DNA from: an uncultured virus (IMG/VR IMGVR_UViG_3300011842_000033)
Lineage: Duplodnaviria > Heunggongvirae > Uroviricota > Caudoviricetes
Virus record (IMG/VR): IMGVR_UViG_3300011842_000033
Length of the DNA stretch: 64,000 bases
Direction: 5' to 3' (one strand)
Positions within the stretch are counted from its first letter, which is position 1. Each line of letters opens with the position of its first letter. This document shows positions 54,067 through 64,000 of this stretch, piece after piece. The notes under the pieces were generated by a model. The model was not told the origin of the DNA, did not search any database, and saw nothing but the letters and a program-made list of their open reading frames with translations. Both the position numbers and the translations under genes were made by a program.

Positions 54067-56874
54067 ATGGCTGACGTAGAACTGCGGCTGGTAGCGGATG
54101 TTGACCAGGCGACGAAGGGGATCAGTGCATTTAGCAAGCACTATCAGGAGCTTGTTCGCACCCTTTCCCAGCCGCTGAAAAAGATCAATGCGCTGCGGGA
54201 GCTGGAAAACGACCTCGAGCGCACCGGGCAGCAGTCGCGGCAGACGCGCGAGCTGATTCGCGACCTCGGCAACGAGTTGGCGCGACAAGCCGAACCGAGC
54301 AAAGAGCTGTCTGCCGCCTATCGCAACGCGGTGAGTGAGCTGCGGCGGCTGGAGCGCTCGGAGCAGAGTGCGCGGAACGAACTTGCTAGCCGTCGCCGTG
54401 AACTGCAAGCAGCTGGCGTTGACACGCGTAATCTGGCCAGCGAGCAACAGCGGCTTGCTCGTGAACTGGAAACGGCCACAGCGGGTGGCCGCAATGAGCA
54501 GGCAGTAGCCGGCATCCGCGCCCGAGCCGCGGCACTGGCGCAGGTAACCCGTGAGCAGCGTTTGGCGAACGTGGAGGCGGCCCGCTCCGACCTGGGCGTA
54601 AATCGTTATCGCCAGCTCCAATCCGAGCTTCTGCGTTTGCGCAGCCAGTACCAGTTGCTGCGCACCTCCGGCAACCTGACGACCCAGGAGCTGGCGCTAG
54701 CGCAACGCACCATGACCGCCCGCGTGCGTGAAACGCAGCAGGCACTGCGAGAGATGAATGCCGAGCAGCGTCGCGGTGCTGGTGCCATGTCCGGCATCGG
54801 TCTGCTGGCCGCCGGTTACGGCATGGCGCGGGGCCTGCGTGGCGTTACGAACACCGCCGATCAGTGGGTCGAGATCGATGACCGTATTCGTCTTGCGTCC
54901 GAGTCCCAGGCCGAACATGCGCAGGGCATGGAGCGCCTGCGTGAGATCAGCGACCGCACCTACACGGACATGAAGAACAATGCCGAGCTCTACATCGGCT
55001 CGCTGTCCGTTCTGCGTGGCCGCGGCTTCTCCAGTGCAGATGCGTTGGGCCTGACCGAGGCAATCGGCCTCGGGCTGGTAGCCAGCGCCGCGAAAGGGGA
55101 GCGCGCGGCTTCGGTGATCAACCAGCTGAACCAGGCGCTGCAGGATGGCGAGCTGCGTGGCGACGCTTTCAACTCGGTCATCCGCAACACGCCAGCACTG
55201 GCCGACGCTTTAGCGCGAGGGCTGGGCAAAACACGTGAGCAGCTGGCCGCCATGGCGAAGGATGGCGAGCTCACTACCGACGTGTGGGTGCCAGCCCTGA
55301 TCGGCCAGGTTGATAGCCTCGGCGAAGCCGTGGAAGGCATGCAGGTAACCGTAGGCGATGCGCTGACCAGGCTGAACAATGCATGGGAGGAGTCGATCGG
55401 CAAAGCCGATACACAGCCACTCATCAACGCCATCGAGGGGCTTACGCAGGTAATCTCCGATCCGGTCGTCATGGAGAACCTGGTCGCTCTGGCGGGCGCT
55501 TTGGTCACCCTGGCCGCCACTGCCGCCGAGGGCGGCTCCGAGTTCGTTGACCTGGGCAAACGCATCGGCTTTATCGCCGCCAATGCCTCGGGCGCGATCA
55601 CCGAGCTGGATAAGATCGACCAGCAGATCAAGGACCTTGATCGCAGCATGGCCGGTACTGGGCTGAACCGGACGCTGGCCGGCATGTGGTATTCGAAGGA
55701 AGAGCTGCAGGCACAACGTCAGGCGCTAGTCTCGCTGCGCGAGCTGCTTGTAACCGAGCAGACCGGCATGAACGCCGAACAGCGTGCCCTGGAGCAGGAG
55801 CGGACCGAGGACGCCAAGCGGCAGCAGGCTGAAAAGCTGGCCGATTACCGCCGGTACATTGGGGAGCTGGGGCGACTGCAGGCTGAGCAGGTGAAAGCGT
55901 CCGAAACCGCTGCGAAAAAGCTGGCCAGCGACGAGAAGAAAGCGCTCAGCGACATTGAGAAAGTCCGTAACGATCGCTTGAAGATCGAGCAGCGTTACCA
56001 GGAAGCGCTGGCTGGCTTGGGCGGCAGTGGGGAGGCATCCTACGGAGCTGCGCAGGCTCTCAAGGTTGGCGCAAAGCAGGCACTGAGTGCAGGCGATGTC
56101 GCTGGTGCGCAGCGACAGGCTCAAGCCGCGCTGAAGATGCTCCAGGATCTCGCCGCGGCTGGTGGGAACACCTACGGTTTCGAAGGGTTCATCAAGGAAC
56201 TGCAGGCGATCGAACTGGCCGCGAACGACATTGAGCAGACCAACGCAGAGGCCAAGCTTCAGGCCATCCGCGGCGAGATCGCCTCGCTCAAGGAACAGGC
56301 CAAGCAGCTGAAGGACATTTCGGTCTCGGTGAAAACCGACGAGTCGACCATCGAGCAAGTGCGGTCGCAGATCCAGGCACTGGCGCAACAGCTCGGCCAG
56401 ACCGAGATCGTGATGCCGGTACGCCTGCAGATGCCGGATACGAGCGGAGCAGCGGCCACTTCACCGACCACACCCGGCTTCTCCGGCGGTGGCTGGACCG
56501 GGCCGGGCGGCAAGTACCAGCCGGCAGGCATTGTCCACGCCGGTGAGCATGTGCAGCCGCAGGAGGTAGTGCGCGAGCCTGGGGCGTTGGCCTTCCTTGA
56601 GCGAATTCGTCGCAACGGCTTTCGCGCCACGCTGGATCAGCTGCGGTTGCGCGGCTACGCCAACGGTGGGCCCGTCGTGCCGGTTCCGCGCTTCGTGCCG
56701 AATGTTCCGGCGCCGAGCCCGGCGCTGCTGGAGGCGGCTGCTGGGCTGCAGTTTCCGCACCTCGGGCAGGTCGATCTCAGCCTGGGTGGTGCCTCGTACA
56801 CGATGTATGTCGAGCGCGAGGTGGCCAGCGAGCTGCGCCTCGCGGCGAGGAAGATCGGCCGCACCCATCGCTGA
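54067..56874 (+). CDS. Tape measure protein
   Basis: Coiled coil, QLNQAL..LRGDAFNS, GFSGGGWTG. Confidence 0.9.
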   Translation: MADVELRLVADVDQATKGISAFSKHYQELVRTLSQPLKKINALRELENDLERTGQQSRQTRELIRDLGNELARQAEPSKELSAAYRNAVSELRRLERSEQSARNELASRRRELQAAGVDTRNLASEQQRLARELETATAGGRNEQAVAGIRARAAALAQVTREQRLANVEAARSDLGVNRYRQLQSELLRLRSQYQLLRTSGNLTTQELALAQRTMTARVRETQQALREMNAEQRRGAGAMSGIGLLAAGYGMARGLRGVTNTADQWVEIDDRIRLASESQAEHAQGMERLREISDRTYTDMKNNAELYIGSLSVLRGRGFSSADALGLTEAIGLGLVASAAKGERAASVINQLNQALQDGELRGDAFNSVIRNTPALADALARGLGKTREQLAAMAKDGELTTDVWVPALIGQVDSLGEAVEGMQVTVGDALTRLNNAWEESIGKADTQPLINAIEGLTQVISDPVVMENLVALAGALVTLAATAAEGGSEFVDLGKRIGFIAANASGAITELDKIDQQIKDLDRSMAGTGLNRTLAGMWYSKEELQAQRQALVSLRELLVTEQTGMNAEQRALEQERTEDAKRQQAEKLADYRRYIGELGRLQAEQVKASETAAKKLASDEKKALSDIEKVRNDRLKIEQRYQEALAGLGGSGEASYGAAQALKVGAKQALSAGDVAGAQRQAQAALKMLQDLAAAGGNTYGFEGFIKELQAIELAANDIEQTNAEAKLQAIRGEIASLKEQAKQLKDISVSVKTDESTIEQVRSQIQALAQQLGQTEIVMPVRLQMPDTSGAAATSPTTPGFSGGGWTGPGGKYQPAGIVHAGEHVQPQEVVREPGALAFLERIRRNGFRATLDQLRLRGYANGGPVVPVPRFVPNVPAPSPALLEAAAGLQFPHLGQVDLSLGGASYTMYVEREVASELRLAARKIGRTHR

Positions 56875-56918
56875 CCAAAGCCCCGCACCTGCGGGGCTTC
56901 TTGTTTCTGGAGTCTTGA

Positions 56919-57431
56919 ATGTCCCCACCACGAATCATGCTCGGCGGCGTGCCGATCGTGCTGCATGCCGGTGCGCCCGAGGAAAGCATCGGCCCGATTG
57001 GCGGGAGCACCGTGCTGCGCATGAGTGACGGCGCCGGCGTAAAGATGCAGCACTGGAAGAAGTCGGCCGGCAGCATTTCCGGTACCGGCTGGATGCCGCC
57101 AGGCCTCGCGGGGCTGGATTTTTCCCAGCCGCTGGAGCTGCGCAGCACCAAGACGCTGAGTCACGTTGGTCCGGGCCCGACCTTCACGTTGCTCGGCACA
57201 CCTCGGCCAGACGTTGCGCCCTGGGCGCAGGCGCTGATCGGTGGGCGGGATTGGGTACGGGTGCCGTGCTCGTTCGCGGATGGCGTGGTCACCGTGCCCC
57301 CAGTGCCCGGCGCGACGCTGTATCAGGCCTGCTACATGCCGGTGTTCTCGGTGTTCGCCGAGGACCCACAGGAATCGCAGTCATCAGGTACGGCCACCCA
57401 TAGCTGGTCCATCCCCTGGGAAGAAGCCTAA
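56919..57431 (+). CDS. Distal tail-like protein
   Basis: Position after tape measure. Confidence 0.6.
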   Translation: MSPPRIMLGGVPIVLHAGAPEESIGPIGGSTVLRMSDGAGVKMQHWKKSAGSISGTGWMPPGLAGLDFSQPLELRSTKTLSHVGPGPTFTLLGTPRPDVAPWAQALIGGRDWVRVPCSFADGVVTVPPVPGATLYQACYMPVFSVFAEDPQESQSSGTATHSWSIPWEEA

Positions 57432-59156
57432 ATGCTCAACGCCTCGCCACTCAACGCCGTGCCGCTGAATGGTCTGGCCGGTGCCGCTGCAGAACCCGAA
57501 TACGTCGTGCGTGGACAGTCGTTCGTGTGGGCGCTGCGCGTGTTGGTGGGCGGCGTGAACCGCACGGCGCAGCTCACCGGCAAGGTGACCGTCGACCGGG
57601 AAGAGGGCGCTGCGGGCATCGCTGGCTTCGATCTGTTCATCGCGCCAGGCGTCGCCGTAGTGCCTCCGGACTGGAAGGGCCGGGCGGTGTCGATCGACTA
57701 CATCAGCACGAGCCAGGGCGAAACGACCGAGGCGCGCAAGTTCACCGGGCAGATCAGTCGTGCTGACTGGAACCCGGTCAATCGCATCCTGACCTGCGAA
57801 TGCTCCGACCAACTGCAGCAGCGGGTCGAGGGCATGACGATTGCGGCTATTGATGCGCTGGTCGGCGGGCGATGGTCGGAAGATCTGTTCGAGCCGGTCG
57901 AGGGCCGCAGCCATTGGGACTATGCCAGCGAGCGCACGAGTACGCGCACCGCCAGCCTAGACTGTTCCGCTTACGGCGATCTGCGCGTGACGAGCTGGTA
58001 TGCCACGGCACCGCATTTCGTGTTTGGCCCGGGCACAACGCTCTATCAGCAGATCGACCTGCAGCAATCCGACCTTGAGGCGACGACAAACCGCGTCGAG
58101 ATCGAATTCAGCTACCGCTATCAACGCCTCTGGCAGCTGAACGAGGGCTACAGCTGGACTCACGTCAACGCGGGCGGCGGCCAGAGCGGGTTCTGTAACT
58201 GGCGGGTATGGGCGACCGAGCTGCCTGACACGGACATGATCGCCAGCGCCGTCTCTGGAAGCGGCCAGCAGCTGCTCGGTGGCGTGGGCGGCTACAAGCT
58301 GCCGCTGTCCATGGCCAACCCGTGCGGCGATGGCCAGGGCTGGGTCAACACCTTCGACAACCTCTGGCTTTCGGCTTCGTTCACCGGTGCGCGGCGCTGG
58401 GTGCAGAGCGTAACCGAGAGCTACAAGCTAGTGCTGTCCACCGCTGCCGGCGAGTCAGAGCTTACCCGCATCGTTCAGCGCGCGGGCTACACCGTGTCGA
58501 TCGAGCGCGATCAGGCAGAGAGCTGGGGCAGCGATCCGATCCGCGGTGGCGGAACTGGTAGTCAGGACCTGTTCGACGAAGGCCGGCGCACCAATGCAAT
58601 TGCAACCGCGCTGCGTATTGGCCAGGCAATGATCGTCGGCGCTCACCGGGAGACGACGCTCAGCTGGGATGTCACGACCAGCATGGCGATGGGCATCGAC
58701 CTGTGGCACACGCTGGAGGTCGCCGACCAGGGCGTTCACGCGGTCGGCAAATGCAGGCGCATCGTCCACCAGTTCGATCTTGACAGCGGTGAAGCGATCA
58801 CCTCTCTGAGCATTTCGATCATGCGCGGCGGCGGTGTCAGTGACGCGCTGGCTGTGCCGGCGCAGCCAGATACCAGCCTGCCGCCGTTCACGTCGTCGGT
58901 TCAATTGCTGCTGGGCACCCAGCTCGGTGGCCGCCAAGTTGACCCGTACACGGGCTTCCCAATCGGTCCCTATGACGATGATCGGCCAGGCTTCTCGGGC
59001 AACTACGACACGAACGACAACATGCCAGCGGAGTTCTACCCGCGCCGATTCCTGATCGAGTCGCGCGAGATCGGTGCTGAGTATCGCGACGAGCGCACCG
59101 CCTTGGCCGAAGCGTTCTATCGCATCGGCATCCCCAACGATTTGCTGGAGCTATGA
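57432..59156 (+). CDS. Putative tail tip/hub protein
   Basis: Position; MLNASPLNAVPLNG start. Confidence 0.6.
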   Translation: MLNASPLNAVPLNGLAGAAAEPEYVVRGQSFVWALRVLVGGVNRTAQLTGKVTVDREEGAAGIAGFDLFIAPGVAVVPPDWKGRAVSIDYISTSQGETTEARKFTGQISRADWNPVNRILTCECSDQLQQRVEGMTIAAIDALVGGRWSEDLFEPVEGRSHWDYASERTSTRTASLDCSAYGDLRVTSWYATAPHFVFGPGTTLYQQIDLQQSDLEATTNRVEIEFSYRYQRLWQLNEGYSWTHVNAGGGQSGFCNWRVWATELPDTDMIASAVSGSGQQLLGGVGGYKLPLSMANPCGDGQGWVNTFDNLWLSASFTGARRWVQSVTESYKLVLSTAAGESELTRIVQRAGYTVSIERDQAESWGSDPIRGGGTGSQDLFDEGRRTNAIATALRIGQAMIVGAHRETTLSWDVTTSMAMGIDLWHTLEVADQGVHAVGKCRRIVHQFDLDSGEAITSLSISIMRGGGVSDALAVPAQPDTSLPPFTSSVQLLLGTQLGGRQVDPYTGFPIGPYDDDRPGFSGNYDTNDNMPAEFYPRRFLIESREIGAEYRDERTALAEAFYRIGIPNDLLEL

Positions 59157-59620
59157 CCATGACCAATGAGGAACGGCGCCGCGCCTCCGGTGCGGCCATG
59201 GAAGCGAGCCGCCGCGGAAGTGGTGTTGCGATGGAGGCGAGCCGGCGGGCTAGCGGTGCAGCCATGACAGCGCGCCGCACCGGCAAGAGCGTGGCCGACG
59301 ATATTCAGTCCCTCGTCCAGCCGCCCCGGCAGGCCAAGCCGCTGCCTCGCATCGATCCGGTTGGCTCGCTGCTGCCGCAGCGCGGCCTTGGCACGTCGCC
59401 AGGCCCTGGAGCCGGCGGCGCCCCCGGAGGCGGCATTGCCAGCCCGCTGTCAGAGGTTCCTGAGTCGCGGGTGTACTACACCGAGGCTCAATCGCAGTCG
59501 ATCTATTCAAATGACTACTTGTTGAGCATGGAAGTCCTGCCGCTGAAGTCGCTGTTTATGACCGATGCGACTGGCGCTGCTGTGCAGATGAACTTCGCAT
59601 TACCGGTGAGGGCAGTCTGA
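59153..59620 (+). CDS. Hypothetical tail-region protein with 11-aa repeats
   Basis: ASGAAMEASRR-like unit x3. Confidence 0.6.
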   Translation: MTMTNEERRRASGAAMEASRRGSGVAMEASRRASGAAMTARRTGKSVADDIQSLVQPPRQAKPLPRIDPVGSLLPQRGLGTSPGPGAGGAPGGGIASPLSEVPESRVYYTEAQSQSIYSNDYLLSMEVLPLKSLFMTDATGAAVQMNFALPVRAV

Positions 59621-61149
59621 TGTTCGATTCCCCGCTTGAGGAGTCGATGCCCGGGCAGGTTCTGCGTTTTGGGCTTGGGTATCACGGCTTCGTTGAGTTC
59701 CCGACACTTCAGTCGAAAACCTCCTGTCCGGGCAACGAGGTCAAGCTGACAACCTATAACGGAGTGACGCTTTATCCGTTCCCGGCCGGCGTGACCTTTC
59801 CGCGCCGGACCGTCGAGAGCGCGGTTCTGTTCCGTGATCCTCGGGCGACCGATTTGCCTGGCGACGGGGAGGGTGCCACGGGTCGTGACTGGCGCCGATA
59901 TGCAGTGATCCAGACCAATGGCATCAGAACAGGTGCTATGCCCGGAGAGCCAACGTACAACTATGCGCTGCATACGCCGACGCGAAATGTCCTGATCAAC
60001 GTCTCTTTGGCCGTTTGCCTGGTGATGAAGACAAAGATCATAGCCAGGCGGTCATCGCCCGTCAGCTCCGAAACCTATCCGATCACCGGGCCATCACTGG
60101 GCAATAGCTCGCTGTTTGCGGACGCGGTCCCGACCGGCGCGAGGGCACTGTACTGCAGTCCAGGCAGCTGGCTGCGTGAGCTGGTCATTACCGGGGATTA
60201 CCCGGCCATTAAACCCGTTAGCTCGAATGTCGTGGCTCAAGGTGAAACCATCGCCACATCCGAGACCGGGACCGCAATTTACGACGTAGGCAATTGGGAG
60301 TTCGGCGCCTTCGCCAGCGGCATCACGGAGGGCAATTACAGCATCATCGTGATTGATCGCGCCGATACCGGCGCCCCGTTTCCGGAAGGCCACATCTTCA
60401 AATTGCCCTACTCGGGCCGGCGGTCAACTACTCGGCGGCGGGTGGTTGGCGGGTACTACGAGGGGGAGCGCATTGCCCAGATCTGGAGCGAGGACGAATA
60501 TCGCGATGTCTATTCGCGTACCGCTTCATGGGGCGTCACCAGCCAGATCGTGACGAACGATGGCGCACAGGTTTCATCCTTCCTCAATGAGACCAACAAC
60601 TTCGAGTCGACGAGCAGCGTCGCGCTTATCCAGGACGGCGCAAGCGTGTCGAGGTTCGAGATAAAGGCGGCCAGCGAGAGCACCCAGAACAGAACCTGGA
60701 CATCCGGGGCCGGGTCGTTTTCCGGGACCGGCGGCTCTGACTCGTCCAACACCAGCGATCGCAGTTTTTCGGTGAGGCTGGATGGGGCAAACGTTATCGC
60801 GGCCTTCCCGGGTGACTGGGAGCAGGTCGGCGGCGGCAGCTATGGTTCGTTTCCGCTTCAAGACCGATCTGCGCCATCGGGAACGCAGATTCGCCTGCAG
60901 ATCAACGTCGGCGTTTACAGCTACTCCATGCAGCTCAAATGCCTGCGCGTTGAGGTGATCTATACGCGCCGCGTTTCAGATGTCCTCGTTGAAACGCGGG
61001 CGGCCTACTTCTACGGCAACGCCTGCTGCAGAGGCAATGTCGACGGTGGCGTTCACTCCCCGGCGAGCGGCGGAACGCTCTACGGCTCAGCCGACCCACT
61101 TACTGGCGAAATACGCCGCAACTATCCATACCCAGTCACCTGGTGCTGA
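59620..61149 (+). CDS. Hypothetical Ser/Thr/Gly-rich protein, possible receptor-binding protein
   Basis: Position; beta-rich composition. Confidence 0.55.
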   Translation: MFDSPLEESMPGQVLRFGLGYHGFVEFPTLQSKTSCPGNEVKLTTYNGVTLYPFPAGVTFPRRTVESAVLFRDPRATDLPGDGEGATGRDWRRYAVIQTNGIRTGAMPGEPTYNYALHTPTRNVLINVSLAVCLVMKTKIIARRSSPVSSETYPITGPSLGNSSLFADAVPTGARALYCSPGSWLRELVITGDYPAIKPVSSNVVAQGETIATSETGTAIYDVGNWEFGAFASGITEGNYSIIVIDRADTGAPFPEGHIFKLPYSGRRSTTRRRVVGGYYEGERIAQIWSEDEYRDVYSRTASWGVTSQIVTNDGAQVSSFLNETNNFESTSSVALIQDGASVSRFEIKAASESTQNRTWTSGAGSFSGTGGSDSSNTSDRSFSVRLDGANVIAAFPGDWEQVGGGSYGSFPLQDRSAPSGTQIRLQINVGVYSYSMQLKCLRVEVIYTRRVSDVLVETRAAYFYGNACCRGNVDGGVHSPASGGTLYGSADPLTGEIRRNYPYPVTWC

Positions 61150-61151
61150 CC

Positions 61152-61571
61152 ATGCAGACCTACGTAAATAACTGGCTCCGGGAGATCACCCTGGCGCAGG
61201 GGGCTACGTCGTGCCCGCTCGATCTGCCTGATGGCGAGTACCGGCTGACGCTGGCTGACACGGCCGGCACCGAGTGGGAGATCGTCGACGCAACCGTCGC
61301 GAATGGCGTCGCCACCCTAGTGAGGGCGCGAGAAGGCACAGCGGACCAGCTCTGGTCTCTTGGCAGTGTCATCTACAACGCCATCACGGCGGAGCAGGCG
61401 ATGTACCTCATGCAACAGGCGCGACAGGTCCCCATCTTGCAGCAGCTGCTTTCCGACCTCGCCGCGCGTGTTGAAGAGCTCGAACAGGGCCAGGGCGTGG
61501 ATGGCGCCTTGGCCGACGAGTTGGGAAATGAGTTGGTCGATGAGTCCGGTTACAACCTGGTAGGAGAATGA
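61152..61571 (+). CDS. Hypothetical tail-region protein
   Basis: WEIV..RAREGT..ITA motif typical of fibre N-termini. Confidence 0.55.
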   Translation: MQTYVNNWLREITLAQGATSCPLDLPDGEYRLTLADTAGTEWEIVDATVANGVATLVRAREGTADQLWSLGSVIYNAITAEQAMYLMQQARQVPILQQLLSDLAARVEELEQGQGVDGALADELGNELVDESGYNLVGE

Positions 61572-61888
61572 ATGCAATGGCTATTACGCAACACACATAT
61601 TCAGGGAATGGCTCGCCAGAAGTGACCGGCATCGGCTCCGCCGCAGCGATTGGTAGCCACTACACCGATCTCGATACCGGCGACTTCTATCTCCGCGTAA
61701 GCGATCCGGGATCAGGTGGGCGCTGGCAGCAAATGATGTCCGTAGTGGTGGCGGAGACTGTAGACGATATCAACTACATGACCCCTGCCGGGCCGATGTT
61801 CGTTATGTCGCCTAACGGCGACATACATGTGTCGCGAGTCATTAACGGGGTGTGGTCCTGGCACCTGCTGGCGGCGACGCCGACGTAG
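61568..61888 (+). CDS. Hypothetical protein
   Basis: GSHYTDLDTGDFY; overlaps upstream gene. Confidence 0.55.
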   Translation: MNAMAITQHTYSGNGSPEVTGIGSAAAIGSHYTDLDTGDFYLRVSDPGSGGRWQQMMSVVVAETVDDINYMTPAGPMFVMSPNGDIHVSRVINGVWSWHLLAATPT

Positions 61889-62029
61889 TTGACTGCAAGT
61901 TTATCCATTCGACACGGTAGCTGCCCTGAATCAGTCATATCCGGGGTGTGGATGTGTGATCGAGCGCGCCAGTCATTGGCCAAAAATCCGGCAGGATCGT
62001 CGCTTCATCCATTTGCAAAGGGAATTGCA

Positions 62030-62206
62030 ATGCGCGCGTCCATCAAACGCATCCTCACGGTGGTCGCCTTCGGCACGTCGTGTTCGATGGCAGGCTTCTA
62101 TATCGGCATCAATCAGGCGTACGACCATATTACGGAGGATTTGCCGGCGATGATCGAGTCGGCTGTGTGTTCGATGCCGCAGGTCTCAGAGCTGCTTTCC
62201 CTGTAA
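62030..62206 (+). CDS. Small membrane protein
   Basis: AAGGGA RBS, one TM segment. Confidence 0.45.
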   Translation: MRASIKRILTVVAFGTSCSMAGFYIGINQAYDHITEDLPAMIESAVCSMPQVSELLSL

Positions 62207-62226
62207 CCCCGTGCGCCTGCGGTGAG

Positions 62227-62415
62227 CTAAAGCGCTTCAAGGCGCAGGGCTTCAGCCAATAGCTGATTGGCCAACCTTTCCAATTCTCGCATGGCGGCCA
62301 AACGGTCAGCTGGCCTGATCTCTGCCTCAGCAAAGTCGATTTCTGTGGGCACGGCATCACGTATCGCCTGCGCTGCCCAGCCGGCCGCGAAAGCCTGAAC
62401 ACTCGCTTTGACCAT
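62227..62415 (-). CDS. Small hypothetical protein
   Basis: Helical ORF, convergent with previous gene. Confidence 0.35.
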   Translation of the reverse strand: MVKASVQAFAAGWAAQAIRDAVPTEIDFAEAEIRPADRLAAMRELERLANQLLAEALRLEAL

Positions 62416-62465
62416 TGAAACCCCTCGGCCCGCCACGTGCGGGCTTTTTTGTGCCTGGAGGAAAG

Positions 62466-62951
62466 ATGCAGAGCAACGAACCCAAGTGGGTGATTGAGGC
62501 CCGCAAGCTGATCGGCCTGCACGAGGTGCATGGCCCTGATCATAACCCTGAGATAGTGCAGATGTGGCGGGACATCAAGCGCGGAGGCATCAGGGACGAC
62601 GAGACGCCATGGTGTGCAGCGTTCGTCGGAGCGATGCTTGAGCGTGTCGGAATCCGTTCCAGTCGATTCGAAAGTGCCCGTTCGTATCTCGACTGGGGAC
62701 AACACCTGGCGCTTCCGGTGTCGGGCTGCATCGTGGTGTTTACTCGCCATGGCGGTGGCCATGTCGGCTTTGCAGTTGGTCGCGATAAGGTCGGCAATCT
62801 ACTGATTCTCGGCGGTAACCAGTCGGACGCCGTTAACATCAAGGCATTCCCAGTTGCGCGCGTAACTGGCTATCGCTGGCCTGCAGGTGTGCCTGTAATC
62901 GCTGAGCCCTTATCCCTGTTCAACGCCGAGCGTTCGGAGCGTGAGTCGTGA
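62466..62951 (+). CDS. TIGR02594-family (CHAP/NlpC-like) endolysin
   Basis: DETPWCAAFV, GGHVGF, LGGNQ. Confidence 0.9.
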   Translation: MQSNEPKWVIEARKLIGLHEVHGPDHNPEIVQMWRDIKRGGIRDDETPWCAAFVGAMLERVGIRSSRFESARSYLDWGQHLALPVSGCIVVFTRHGGGHVGFAVGRDKVGNLLILGGNQSDAVNIKAFPVARVTGYRWPAGVPVIAEPLSLFNAERSERES

Positions 62952-63433
62952 TCGCCTCGCTGGTTGAACGCTCGACCATTTACGGGCTGCTGGCCGCGCT
63001 GTGCTTCACAGCTGGCTGGAAGGTAAACGGTTGGCGGTTGGGGGAGGGCATCGCCCAGCAGAAGGCAGAGGCGGTGACGGTCGTTCGAGTGATCGAGCGC
63101 AAGCAGCAGTTGATCGCCGATACAGAGGGGAACAAGGGCCATGAAGAACTTGAAGGTTTGCGCCGCGCTGCTGATCGCGCCAGCGTTACTGCTGCAGGGC
63201 TGCGGGTCGAAGCCAGTCGACTCGCCACTCAGCTCGCTACCTGCAATGCCGGAACTGCCGGCGAGCGCCAGGCAAGGGCAGACGCCGCCGCAGTGTTTGC
63301 CGACGTGCTTGGAGAGATGGAATCAGAAGGCCGCGCAATGGCAGCGGCGGCTAGCCGCGCCCGCAGCGCAGGGCTCACCTGCGAGCGCGTCTACGATGGA
63401 GTGAAGCGGGGCGCTAGTAGCAATAGGGATTAG
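62948..63433 (+). CDS. Rz-like spanin (DUF2514-like)
   Basis: TM plus coiled coil, AGLTCERVYD. Confidence 0.85.
   Translation: MIASLVERSTIYGLLAALCFTAGWKVNGWRLGEGIAQQKAEAVTVVRVIERKQQLIADTEGNKGHEELEGLRRAADRASVTAAGLRVEASRLATQLATCNAGTAGERQARADAAAVFADVLGEMESEGRAMAAAASRARSAGLTCERVYDGVKRGASSNRD
63141..63404 (+). CDS. Rz1-like lipoprotein nested in Rz
   Basis: Lipobox LQGC, LPAMPELP, CLPTC. Confidence 0.8.
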   Translation: MKNLKVCAALLIAPALLLQGCGSKPVDSPLSSLPAMPELPASARQGQTPPQCLPTCLERWNQKAAQWQRRLAAPAAQGSPASASTME

Positions 63434-63473
63434 CGCCTTTATCCGAACAGTTTGTCCTGCTTATCCATAACAA

Positions 63474-64000
63474 TCACTTAACTCTCGAGTCGTCCGCTAT
63501 TAATGCGGCCGCTGCTTTTTGTTTAGCGCGGCGCGCAAGCATGTTCAGCACTTCGACCCCGGCAGAGAACGCCATTGCAGCATAGACATAGCCCTTGGGT
63601 ACATGGGCGCCAAAGCCTTCCGCAATAAGAGTCATGCCGATCATCAATAGGAAACCAAGCGCGAGCATTACGACGGTAGGGTTCTGGTTGATGAAGTTAG
63701 CAAGCGGGTTGGCAGCCACCAGCATAACGGTGACTGCAACGATGACAGCGATAACCATGATCTCGATGTGATTGGTCATGCCGACGGCCGTAATGATGCT
63801 GTCGACTGAAAACACAAGATCCAACAGCAGGATTTGACCGATGGCCGCGCTGAATCCTAGCGTTGCACCGCGCTCAATGGGCTTTCCCTCAAACATGTCC
63901 CCACCGGGCGTAGGGTCCATGCTGTGGTGGATCTCTTTTGTTGCTTTCCATAGCAGGAACAGGCCGCCTGCAATGAGAATCATGTCTTTCCAAGAGAATG
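63474..64000 (-). CDS. terC: TerC-family membrane protein (5'-truncated by window)
   Basis: [26 protein letters not shown]. Confidence 0.9.
   Translation of the reverse strand, partial: FSWKDMILIAGGLFLLWKATKEIHHSMDPTPGGDMFEGKPIERGATLGFSAAIGQILLLDLVFSVDSIITAVGMTNHIEIMVIAVIVAVTVMLVAANPLANFINQNPTVVMLALGFLLMIGMTLIAEGFGAHVPKGYVYAAMAFSAGVEVLNMLARRAKQKAAAALIADDSRVK

Larger units (their letters stand above)
27076..63433 (+). mobile_element. Prophage 2 (lambda-like head, non-contractile tail); right end not seen
   Basis: int-early-immunity-replication-late order complete through lysis genes. Confidence 0.95.

Overview
The window holds two related temperate prophages in tandem, in a high-GC Pseudomonas/Stutzerimonas-like host (host inferred from gene content). 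Prophage 1 (1 to ~27030; left end outside the window) has a primase-helicase C-terminus, iteron origin, HK97-type head, Mu-like contractile tail, GH19 endolysin/spanins and an SRAP gene. The junction at 27032-27075 is the 3' half of a tRNA-Gly(CCC), flanked on both sides by integrase arm-type repeats. Prophage 2 (~27076 to beyond 63.4 kb) has an integrase, AlpA, C5 methyltransferase, early left operon, a nonsense-inactivated YafO-like toxin, cI/cro/cII, primase-helicase, a lambda-like cos/head, a non-contractile tail and lysis genes, followed by a partial terC. The most unusual signal is a candidate RNA-level regulatory circuit. Two short motifs (GGACACAGCA and CTTACCA) recur in hairpin loops and ribosome-binding regions of both early transcripts of prophage 2. 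A structurally conserved late-leader RNA found in both prophages carries the exact complement (TGCTGTGTC) of one motif in a hairpin. All family assignments are by eye; no database search was run.
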